From Candidatus Latescibacterota bacterium (GTDB lineage Bacteria; Latescibacterota; UBA2968; UBA8231): 29,804 nucleotides of DNA. The DNA lies in contig CBDBIJ010000145.1 of assembly GCA_965205655.1 (NCBI GenBank), forward strand, positions 1 through 29,804, read 5' to 3'. A model generated the notes under the pieces. It saw nothing but the letters and a program-made list of their open reading frames with translations, was not told the DNA's origin and did no database searches. A program made the translations under genes and the position numbers. This document shows positions 20,549-29,531 of the stretch, piece after piece. Each line of letters starts with the position of its first letter. Position 1 is the stretch's first letter.

Positions 20549-21286
20549 ATGCTGGCCGAACCGACCCTCGAAAAACTCTACGCCATGAAACTCAACGGCC
20601 TGGCCGAGGCCTGGCAGGAACAACAACAGCAGCCGCAAAGCAGTGACCTGAGCTTCGACGAACGCTTGGCGATGCTGGTGGAACGCCAGTGGATCTGGAA
20701 AGAAAATCGCGCCCTCGTCACCCGGCTCAAGTTTGCCCAGCTCAAGCAGTCCGCCTGCCTGGAGGACATCGACTATCGCCACCCGCGGGGGTTAAAGCGC
20801 GCCGCCGTCGAGCAGTTGGCCTCCTGCGACTGGATCCGCCATCATCGCCACCGCATCATCACCGGCCCCACCGGCGTGGGCAAATCCTATCTGGCCTGCG
20901 CCCTGGCGCACCAAGCCTGCCGGGAGCGATTCCGCGCCCTCTATTTCTACGCACCCAAACTTTTCCGCGCCCTGAATCTGGCCCAGGCCGACGGCAGCCT
21001 CATACGGCTGCTCAAGAGACTGGCCCGAGTCGACCTGTTGGTCATCGACGACTGGGGAATGACGCCCCTCACACCCGAGCAGTACCGCCTCTTCCTCGAG
21101 ATTCTCGATGACCGCCAGGGCACCGGCGCCACCCTCATCACCAGTCAGTACCCGGTGAAGAGCTGGCACGAGCTCAGCGGCGATCCCACCGTGGGGGACG
21201 CGATCCTCGACCGCCTGGTACACAGCGCCTTCACCATCGACTTGAAGGGGGACTCCATGAGAAAGAAAAGGACCAAGAAACTATGA
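20549..21286 (+). CDS. istB: IS21 helper ATPase IstB
   Basis: Walker A GPTGVGKS, Walker B LLVIDDWG, ITSQ, DAILDRL, GDSMR; RBS GGAG. Confidence 0.92.
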   Translation: MLAEPTLEKLYAMKLNGLAEAWQEQQQQPQSSDLSFDERLAMLVERQWIWKENRALVTRLKFAQLKQSACLEDIDYRHPRGLKRAAVEQLASCDWIRHHRHRIITGPTGVGKSYLACALAHQACRERFRALYFYAPKLFRALNLAQADGSLIRLLKRLARVDLLVIDDWGMTPLTPEQYRLFLEILDDRQGTGATLITSQYPVKSWHELSGDPTVGDAILDRLVHSAFTIDLKGDSMRKKRTKKL

Positions 21287-22180
21287 AACCCAAAAACTCT
21301 GAACCCGGTCAATATGGCACACCCAGACCAAGCAAAGCAGAGAAAGCGACAGAAAACTTGACGGAAAAAAGCCGCTACACCCATCCTAACCCAACCAGCG
21401 TCGCTGCGCTCCGAGGGGTGGCCACTTTGACGCCGAAACAGGTGGCCGTTTTCACCGAAATACGCAATAGGCCGATCTCGCTCGCCAACGCACTGATAGC
21501 ACGGGGTATCGCTCATGCCCACGGCGACCCACCTGACGATGAAGAGGCGCTGGCAGACTTCGAGGCGGCAACCAGCGGCAACCGGGCCCTCGCCCAGGTC
21601 AACATCAGCGCATTGGCCGGCGAGTCATCTCCCGCGCCAGTCGCCGCCGACGGGCCGGCGGCGCGACGGGAGCAGGGCGAAAAGATCGGCGGGCTTGGCG
21701 CTGATGAGTACGAGGTCGTCATGGACGATCCCGATGCTGCCAGGGCGTCCATTCCGAAACGCAGCCGCAGCCAGCCGAGGATCCACGTCTATGCCAAGCA
21801 TACGGAGCAGTGGCAGGGCCTGGTGATCGACGCGCGCTATGGCACTATGGCGTTTCTGGAGACGCCCCCCGGATACTCGGGCATGAGCGGGCGGGGCGTG
21901 AAGGTGGGCCAGTCAGTGGATGAGCTGACTGAAGCGTACGGTCCTGCTGCCGGCATCGTCGCGGGGGCGCGGGGAGCTCATTTTCTATTCCCGGCTTCGC
22001 GGATCGTGTTTCATGCTGATGGGGAAGACAAGGTGCGGGGCTGGATGACCTACTTTGTCGAGGAATAGATGAGTAGCAGAGGGTTTCTTTCCCGGTGGAG
22101 TTGGCTATGCCCAGAAAACGCGGGGGAGTACGGGTCTGTTCGAGTACGGGGTGGTCGCGGCCACCGGCGCAGCTCGAGAC

Positions 22181-22528
22181 TCAGACCTTCAAATACGCGA
22201 CGATGACACCAGCTGCGGCCACCAGGACTCCGGTAATGGCAACCATCGTCGTTGTCAGCTGACGGAAGCGAATGTCGATCTTGTCAGTAAGGGCGTCGAT
22301 TTTCGAGTCAAGAGCGCCAATCTTGGAGTCAAGAGTGTCGTATTTGGCGTCGATCTTGGAGTCCAGCGTGTCGAAACGGGAATCGATTTTGGAGTCCAAG
22401 GTGTCGAAACGGGAGTCAAATTTGGAGTCCAGTTTTCGAAGGTCGGTTTCGACGAGGTCGATGCGGCGGTCGACCTGCGAGAGCACGTCGCGGGTAGTCA
22501 GTTCGGGAGAGGCCTGGTCAGCTGACAT
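22181..22528 (-). CDS. Small coiled-coil protein with C-terminal membrane anchor (DUF1640/CCDC90/Bdr-like)
   Basis: MSADQASPE..., LDSKxDxxxDT repeats, hydrophobic tail MVAITGVLVAAAGVIVAYLKV. Confidence 0.7.
   Translation of the reverse strand: MSADQASPELTTRDVLSQVDRRIDLVETDLRKLDSKFDSRFDTLDSKIDSRFDTLDSKIDAKYDTLDSKIGALDSKIDALTDKIDIRFRQLTTTMVAITGVLVAAAGVIVAYLKV
22300..22432 (-). repeat. 33-bp coding tandem repeat
   Basis: TTGGAGTC recurs at 22323, 22356, 22389 and 22422. Confidence 0.85.
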
Positions 22529-22689
22529 TGCAAACGAATCTCCGTAGAAGGGCAGGGTTAAATCTACGAAGATCCGAATGCAATTTCGAGGCCTGCCCGC
22601 CACTCGAGTAGAGATCCAGGATTTGCGCGAGAGTGTATTACAATGGTGACACTCGGGTGAGGAATTCGCCACACCTCTCACACGGCCCG

Positions 22690-23778
22690 CTAGTGTTCCG
22701 TCGCAGAAATACAGTGACATATTCGTTTGACCTTGGCAAGGATCGAGTCGGCCGTGGCCGTCCACCCAAAGGGATGGGCGTTGGCGTTCCATTTGTCGGT
22801 GTAGCGCTCGATCCTCTGAATGAGCTCTTTGACCTTGCGGAATGAGCCACGCCGGATGGCTCGCCGCGTGATGATGTTGAACCAGATCTCGACCTGGTTG
22901 AGCCACGAGGCGTAGGTCGGAGTAAAGTGGAGGTGGAATCGGGGCCGGCTGGCCAACCACTTCTTGACGCTGGCGTACTTGTGGGTGCCGTAGTTGTCGA
23001 CGATCAAGTGAACGTCCAGATCCGCAGGCACGTTCGCGTCGATATGGCGTAGGAACTGCAAAAACTCCTGATGGCGATGACGAGGCTTGCACTGAGTCAG
23101 GACTTCACCGGTGGCCACATCCAGAGCGGCAAACAGCGTTGTGGTGCCGTGTCGCTTGTAGTCGTGGGTGACGCCCTCCGCGTAGCCCAGGCCCAGCGGC
23201 AGCAACGGCTGACTGCGCTCCAGAGCCTGCACTTGGCTCTTCTCGTCAACGCACAGGACGACGGCATGGTCGGGCGGGTTGAGATACAAGCCCACAACAT
23301 CGCGCACCTTATCCACGAAGAAAGGATCAGTGGACAGCTTGAAATTCTGGGTCCGGTGCGGCTGTAAGCCGAATGTGCGCCAGATGCGATGGACCGCGTC
23401 CTTGGTCAGGCCGGTCTCCTCGCCCATGGAGCGCACCGTCCACTGGGTTTTGTCCTCCGGCTTGGTCTTCAGTGTCTTGTATACCACCTCGGCCACTTGT
23501 TCGTCCGAGATCGATCGGGGCGCACCGGGTCGCAGCTCGTCGTACAACCCGTTGAGGCCGTTTTCCACGAAGCGACGACGCCACTTGCCGACGGTCACTT
23601 GTGACAGCCCCACAGCTTCGCCGATGGCCTTGTTGGGCCATCCCTCGGCGGCCAGCAACACGATCTCGGCGCGTCGCACCAAACCGTGCGGCAGGGATCG
23701 AGATTTGGCCATTGATTCCAATTGCTGCCGAGTTTGCCCCGTCATTTCGAGAGGTGGAAGAAAGCGTCCGCGTGGCAT
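22690..23778 (-). CDS. IS630 transposase, apparently intact
   Basis: [41 protein letters not shown]. The TAG stop is formed at the target junction. Confidence 0.92.
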   Translation of the reverse strand: MPRGRFLPPLEMTGQTRQQLESMAKSRSLPHGLVRRAEIVLLAAEGWPNKAIGEAVGLSQVTVGKWRRRFVENGLNGLYDELRPGAPRSISDEQVAEVVYKTLKTKPEDKTQWTVRSMGEETGLTKDAVHRIWRTFGLQPHRTQNFKLSTDPFFVDKVRDVVGLYLNPPDHAVVLCVDEKSQVQALERSQPLLPLGLGYAEGVTHDYKRHGTTTLFAALDVATGEVLTQCKPRHRHQEFLQFLRHIDANVPADLDVHLIVDNYGTHKYASVKKWLASRPRFHLHFTPTYASWLNQVEIWFNIITRRAIRRGSFRKVKELIQRIERYTDKWNANAHPFGWTATADSILAKVKRICHCISATEH

Positions 23779-23869
23779 GAGTTTCCTCCGTTCCTTGTTT
23801 GTGGAATAGGTCTGGATGAAACTTAACCACACAACTGTACTAGTACAAGTTATTTATACGACAATACAC
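22693..23869 (-). mobile_element. IS630-family element 2
   Basis: IRs GTGTTCCGTCGCAGAAATA / GTGTATTGTCGTATAAATA, flanked by TA at 22691-22692 and 23870-23871; CTAG target. Confidence 0.9.
23820..23848 (-). promoter_or_regulatory. Sigma70-like promoter of the IS630-2 transposase
   Basis: TTGTAC-17 bp-TAAGTT; the -35 overlaps the palindrome TGTACTAGTACA (23836-23847). Confidence 0.45.
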
Positions 23870-26047
23870 TAGGCCGGATGACTCTACTCTACCCAGTAGA
23901 AATCGTCTTCATCGATAGTCGCTGCAAAGGCTTTGGTTTCGCCCGAACCTGCCTGCTGCGCCACCTCTGATGCGGTTTCTTCCGCTTCTCCCAGCGCGAC
24001 CATCACTTTCTGCAGGTTCTTCTTGATGCCGGCGTCGTCAGGCGATAGATCCAACGCCTGCTGAAATTGAAAGGCCGCTTGCTGCAGTTCGCCTTTGAAG
24101 AAATGGACGATGCCGAGGTGGTTGTAGGTCGGGCTTTTGTCCGACTTCGTCGTACGGAGATGGCTGTAGGCGGTGTTGATGGCTGTGTCGTACTGCCGCA
24201 GTGCCACGTACAGCTGGCCGAGCTCGGCGCGCAGGGCGCCGTTGTCCGGATCTGATTTCAGCGGATCGAGGTAACGGTCGTCGATCTGGTCTTCGATCAT
24301 CTCGATGAGCTCGGCGTGCTGGGCCTCCAGAGTTTCCTCGTAGTCGGCTCGCTGCGGCGGAGCGATCTCCTGGTCGAATGTCGGTGATGTTGGGGGATAG
24401 GTGCTCCACGCGTCTGCCGTGTCGGTGACAAGGCGACGGCGATCGCGGGTGCTCAGCTTTGCCAGCTCATCCACGCCGGCTCGCCATGCGTCCGAGAATG
24501 ACTGGTCGAGGAGTGTTACCTCGACCGGGATCCACAATCGGTCTCCGCGTTCCACGAAAAGGCGCTCTTCGATGGGGAGCTTGTGCGACTCCTGGCGGGC
24601 GACTCCGGTGTCGAAGAGCATGAAGAGATGTCCGGGGTAATCCACCAGAGCGGTGCTGACTCCGGCGTTCTCGAGGAGGGCGCAGTAGAGCACGGTCAGA
24701 TCGTCGCAGTCACCGGTCTTCAGAGTGAGCACCTCCGCGGGATATTGCACGTGATCGACGGCGGAGCGGTCGACGCGGACCTTCGTGTAGGGGCTGTTGG
24801 CGTCGGCCTGGTAGCGTAGGCCGTGTTGTTTGAGCGCCTCGAAGAGGACCATGGCGCGCACGAGGTTTCCAACGGGACGGCCGTACTTTTTTACTTCGGG
24901 CTCGAACGAGGTCAGAATTGGGCGCGCGAACGACGATACAACCGGATCGGAAGCGGTGATGAACGCCGCCGCTCTGGCGACGCTGTCCCACCTGAGAGCT
25001 CCTCGGCCGTGAATGGTGACATCCGTCTCTTCTGTCAGCGACAGCGTTTGCTCACCCACCTTCGAGGACAGCGCCACTTCCACCTGGAAGGGGGTGGCTG
25101 CATCGAGGTCGAGGATGCTGCGGTCGAAGACGGCGCCGAGGCTGAGCTCCTGACTCTGCTGAGGGGACAGCGTGAGCTGCCGCACCGTCGGTTGTTGCAT
25201 AAGGCCGGGCACGAAGAAGGTGAGCTTCGCGTCGACCGGTTGCGGATCGTCGCTGGCGACCACGACAGAAGCGACGGGTTGATCGGCGTAGACGGTGTAG
25301 AACGAGGCGAACAGATCCTCGATCTGCACATCCTCCAGTCGCACCGGCAGGCCCTGCGGCTTGTAGAAGATCTCGAGGTCGACGGTGGCTGGCTCCACCG
25401 AATACGCCAGGTCTCGATCCACCGCCTGAACCTCAAACGTGTACCTGCCAGTTGGCAGATCCTTGTACTCGACCCGCCGTTCCCGAGTTGTCCGCCAATC
25501 CTCATCATGGCCGGCGAGGCGGTACCTGTAGACCATGGCACCGGGGCGGGTTTTGAAACTGTGGCCGGCAAACTCGAAGGCAGTCAAGGAAACAGTGGAG
25601 GGTATCGACACTTCAGTCACATTCTCGTAGCGCCCATCCGCAACAACGGCTTCAACAACTACCGAAGGAGGCGGCGAAACTGGTGGCCGATAACGTGTGA
25701 CGCCCCCGAAAGTACCCAACCACATCGAGCCGGCTCTGTCGACCAGCACCGAATGGACTGCATTGCTCCCCAACCCATCTCTACGGGTCAGAGTCTGAAA
25801 GATTTGGCCATCATATCGACTAACGCCTCCGCCACTTGTAGCAAACCAGAACACACCCTCCAGATCCTGCAGCATCGACGTCACATGATTGTCCAGCAGT
25901 CCGTTTTCAGTGGAGAAGGAAGTCCATGTCTGTCCGTCATAGCGGCTCACGCCGCCAAGTGTACCAAACCAGAGCACCCCTTCCCGATCCTGCAGGATCG
26001 AACTTACATGATTGTCTGCCAGTCCGTCTTCGACAGTAAAGGAGGCC

Positions 26048-26331
26048 CACGTCTGTCCATCATAGCGGCTCACGCCACCGCCAAAGGTCCCAAACCAAAG
26101 TATCCCCTCCCGATCCTGGAGTATCGACCACACCCTCCTGTGCGCCAGTCCGTCTTCGGTGGTAAAGGATGTCCACGTCTGTCCATCATAACGACTCACG
26201 CCACCGCCAAAGGTCCCAAACCAAAGTATCCCCTCCCGATCCTGGAGTATCGACCACACTAACCTGTGCGCTAGTCCGTCTTCGGTGGTAAAGGTGGTCC
26301 ACGTCTGTCCATCATATCGGCTCACGCCACC
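26048..26331 (-). repeat. Near-identical 126-bp coding tandem repeat (42-aa propeller blades)
   Basis: CACGCCACCGCCAAAGGTCCCAAACCAAAGTATCCCCTCCCGATCCTGGAGTATCGACCACAC at 26071 and 26197. Confidence 0.9.
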
Positions 26332-27155
26332 AGCGCTTCCAAACCAGAGGTTATCCTCCCGATCCTGGACGATGGACCGAACAGCGTTCCACCGCCAATC
26401 ATCTTCGCCCTTGAAAGTGAAGGATGTCCACGTCCGTCCATCATAACGACTGATTCCATCCCAATCCGTGCCGACCCAGAGATTTCCTGCGCGATCCTGG
26501 AAGATCGGAATAACTGCATTGTCTACCAGGCCGTGTTCGGTAGTGAAATTCTCAAAAGTGGCGTCATCAAAGCGGCTTACGCCGCCGCCAAAAGTACCTA
26601 ACCAGAGATTGTCCTCCCGATCTCTTACCATGGCCACTATAGCGTTGTGCGCTAGGCCATCTTCGGTGGTGAAGCCGGTCCATGTCTGACCATCATAGCG
26701 ACTCAGGCCCCCTTGGGTTCCGAACCAGAGATTACCCTCCCGATCTGTCAACATGGATAGTACCCAATTGTGCCGGAGCCCATCTTCGGTGGTGATGGTG
26801 ACAAATTCCCTACCATCATAGCGGCTCACGCCACCTTCGTCAGTGCCGAACCACAAATGCCCCTCGCGATCCTGGAGCATCGACAACACAATATTGTTCG
26901 CCAGTCCGTCTTGGGTGGTGAAGGTGGTGAAACGGCCGTCCTCATAACGGGTCACGCCACCACCCCCAGTACCTAACCAGAGATTGCCCGCCCGATCTTC
27001 CAGCATGGACACCACAGCGTTGGGCGGCAGTCCGTCGACGGTGGTGAAGGAAGACCACGTCTCTCCATCAAAACGGGACACACCCGCTGCGGTCCCGAAC
27101 CAGAGATTGTCTTCCCGGTCTTGCAAGATTGCGGGCACGAAGTTGCTCCCTAGTC

Positions 27156-28315
27156 TGAGCGATGTCGTAATACTGTTGACAGTTTTGGAGTTTGGGGTGG
27201 TATAACAAGTGAAGGCCACCAGGGGTACCTTTCTGGGAGAGTTATCGCCAAACAACATCTCTCAGGGAAGGTGTCCCGATGACCCTCGAGGACAAAGTAC
27301 ATGCGACACGTTTCCTGGCGCTACAGCGAGCTGGAGAGCTCGGTAATGTCTCGGCAGCCTGCCGGGAGCTGGGGATTTCCCGCTCCCTGTTCTACCGCTG
27401 GAAAAATCGATATGAGCGCTACGGTCGGGATGGGCTTCACCCTCGACGTCGGACGACGCGCAGAGGACGTCCCCACAGCCTGTCGGTCCAGGACGAGCAG
27501 GCGATTCTGGCGATGGCACTGTCTCATCCCACCTGCGGACCCCGCTTCTATTCGCTGCAGCTGGCTCGACAGCACCGATCCTTGTCGCCCAGCACGATCT
27601 ATCGAGCGCTGCGACGCATGGATCTGGGAACTCGGCAGCAGCGACTCGTCGTCCTGGAACGACACAGTGCCCAGCGAGCAGGTCTGCTCACGGAGCGCAC
27701 GCGACGGGAACTGCAGCGCGCCCGTCGCCAGAGGCGGCATGTGGAAGCCAACAAGCCGGGTGAGCTCGTCTGTCTGGACACCTTCTACATCGGGCCGACT
27801 CAAAGGAGTGGGGAAGGTTTGGCAGATCACGGCCTGCGATGCGGCCTGCTCGTACGCGGCTGCACGCATCATTCCGGCCAACACCGCTGAGCACGCCGTC
27901 CGTTTCCTGGTGGAGATCCCCCTGCCGCTCTACGAAGCCACTGGATGGTTGCTTCGGCGAGTCCTGACCGGCCGGGGAAGCGAGTTCAAAGGAGAGTTCG
28001 ATGAAGCCTGTCAGAGCCTGGGTATCCGTCACACACGTACGAAACCCCGTCACGCATGGACCAACGGCTTCGTCGAACGCCTGCAGGGCACGATCCTTCA
28101 CGAGCACTGGCGTGTGGCCTTTCGCAGGAGATACTTCACTGCTCGTCCGCAGCTCGACAGATGTCTGAAACGGTACCTGGCTTTCTATAACGACGAACGG
28201 CCGCATCAGGGGTACCGAACACGAGGCCGGATACCATCTGACATCTTCTGGGGAGCCACTGACGGCATCCTCAAACAGGGAGACTGAAGTGTCAACACCA
28301 TTCCGAAACTGGACA
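27156..28315 (+). mobile_element. IS481-family element
   Basis: Ends TG-N16-TGTTGACA on both sides; CCCTAGTC duplicated at 27148-27155 and 28316-28323. Confidence 0.85.
27279..28287 (+). pseudogene. IS481 transposase, frameshifted near 27793, second catalytic Asp replaced by Gly
   Basis: GNVSAACRELGISR, PGELVCLDTFYIG / RLKGVGKVWQ, VLTGRGSEF (TD expected), TNGFVER, YNDERPHQG. Confidence 0.85.
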
Positions 28316-29117
28316 CCCTAGTCCGTCTTCGGTCGTGAAGGTGGTCCACGTCTGTCCATCATAGCGGCTCACACCACCGCCGTAGGTTCCGAACCACAGT
28401 CTGTTTTCGTGATCTTGCAGGATCGATAGAACATTATTGTGTGCGAGTCCGTCCTTGGTCGTGAAGGTGGTCCACGTCTGTCCATCATAACGGCTCACCC
28501 CCCCACCGTGCGCGTCGTGACTCCCGGTTCCGAACCAGAGGGCGCCTTCGCGATCCTGAATGATCGAAGAGACGAAGGCCCCGGCCAATCCATCTTCCAC
28601 ATCATACGTCTGCCAGCGGCCGGACCCGCGTCCAGCAGGCATCTCGGTACGTGTCCTCTCGCTGACTGTTCCGGTGCCTGCAGGTGCGCTGTAGAGCCTG
28701 AAGGTGGTTCGTATGAGGCTGTCCTTGCGCGTCGTCCCGAACGTGGTTCCCAAGTCCTTCAACACGGCTTGAAAAATTGAGTCGGACCTCACCGCCTGCC
28801 ACTTGTCCGCTATCTCGGGAGACTGGAACTCAAAGAGTCGACTGAAGACTTTCGCTATGGTTCTCCGCGCGCTGCAGGAAGAGGAGACCCAACCATGCTC
28901 CTTCAGGAGGGGCGCTACGTTTTTCTCATAGACGGCTTCGAACTCCTCCATGCGATCTGGTGGCGCCCAAAAGGACAGCCGGCAAACAGTGGCCCTAGTT
29001 TCGTTGCTGTCCTGCACATCTCCCCTCGAGGGCGCGACCATCAAGAGCGGGACGACGACACAACAGGGGAGGTATCGTTTCGGGCTCATGGCAATCATGG
29101 GATAGTTCGGAGCGTCC

Positions 29118-29209
29118 CTACTCCATCCAGTAGAAGTCGTCTTCGTCGACGGTCTCGGCAAAGGCCTTTGTCGTGTCTCTTCCGCCTCGCCCATGGCGAC
29201 CAACAATCT
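29118..29209 (-). pseudogene. C-terminal remnant of a third TGase-TPR paralog
   Basis: Encodes LLVAMGEAEET and, in a shifted frame, TKAFAETVDEDDFYWME*, matching VMVALGEAEET...TKAFAATIDEDDFYWVE*. Confidence 0.8.
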
Positions 29210-29372
29210 GTGGGTCGGCACGGCGTATTACGGTCCTTGAATTGCCCTACTTCCCAGACAACAATACCATCCAGGGGTTATTGGTCGTGCAAAACGTGTT
29301 GGATTTAGTCTTGATTCATGAATTCAACCGGTAAGGATACGTCGTCAACGAGAGCATACTGAGACCACTGCG

Positions 29373-29516
29373 GTGGTTGCGGCCATCGGCGCAGCTCGAG
29401 ACTCAGACCTTCAAATACGCGATGATGACACCAGCTGTGGCCACCAGGACTCCAGTAAGGGCAACCATCGTCGTTGTCAGCTGACGGAAGCGAACGTCGA
29501 CTTTCTGAGCAAGGGC
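29373..29516 (-). pseudogene. Truncated second copy of the coiled-coil membrane-anchor gene plus its 3' flank
   Basis: Closely matches 22151-22294; ALAQKVDVRFRQLTTTMVALTGVLVATAGVIIAYLKV* (stop 29403-29405); an in-frame stop lies just upstream. Confidence 0.8.
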
Positions 29517-29531
29517 ATGGTATATTCAATC

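Larger units (their letters stand above)
17483..21466 (+). mobile_element. IS21-family element containing a nested IS
   Basis: Ends TGCGTATTTCGG / CCGAAATACGCA; 5-bp duplication ATAGG at 17478-17482 and 21467-21471; istA and istB. Confidence 0.92.
16418..22068 (+). pseudogene. M48-like zinc peptidase-TPR protein with signal peptide, split by IS21 (pieces 16418-17482 and 21472-22068; 553 aa)
   Basis: Signal peptide, GHELAHY, EAEADYFG, YPSPAER, TPR-like helices. The rejoined sequence reads in frame as KQNR|PISLANAL. Confidence 0.85.
23884..29098 (-). pseudogene. Reg_prop double beta-propeller + Y_Y_Y + transglutaminase-like + TPR protein, split by IS481 (pieces 29098-28316 and 27147-23884; ~1348 aa)
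   Basis: 14 blades of the form DGL..N.V.S.LQDREG.LWFGT.GGVSRYDG; YRYRLAG..W..Y..L..G.Y.FEVQA; GDCDD/PGHLF/WIPVEVT; TPR; tail DEDDFYWVE. The rejoined sequence reads in frame as EDGLG|SNFV. Start may be 29089. Confidence 0.85.

Noticed and set aside
21283..21471. Start of a 261-aa gene at 21283
   Set aside because: This stretch is the IS21 right end; the real coding part is the 3' half of the M48-TPR gene.
22529..23092. N-terminal 188 aa of the 303-aa ORF 22181-23092
   Set aside because: It runs through IS630-2 in an alternative frame and through intergenic DNA. Only 22181-22528 looks like a gene.
26048..26331. Near-identical repeats as a diversity-generating retroelement TR/VR pair
   Set aside because: They are in-frame adjacent coding blades, the differences are not adenine-specific, and no reverse transcriptase is in the window.
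23884..27258. ORF-track start at 27258, and a hybrid two-component sensor kinase call
   Set aside because: About the first 35 codons are IS481 sequence. No TM, HisKA or HATPase motif follows Y_Y_Y.
29221..29372. Lower-GC spacer as an ncRNA or small ORF
   Set aside because: I found no convincing structure, RBS or similarity to anything I recognise.
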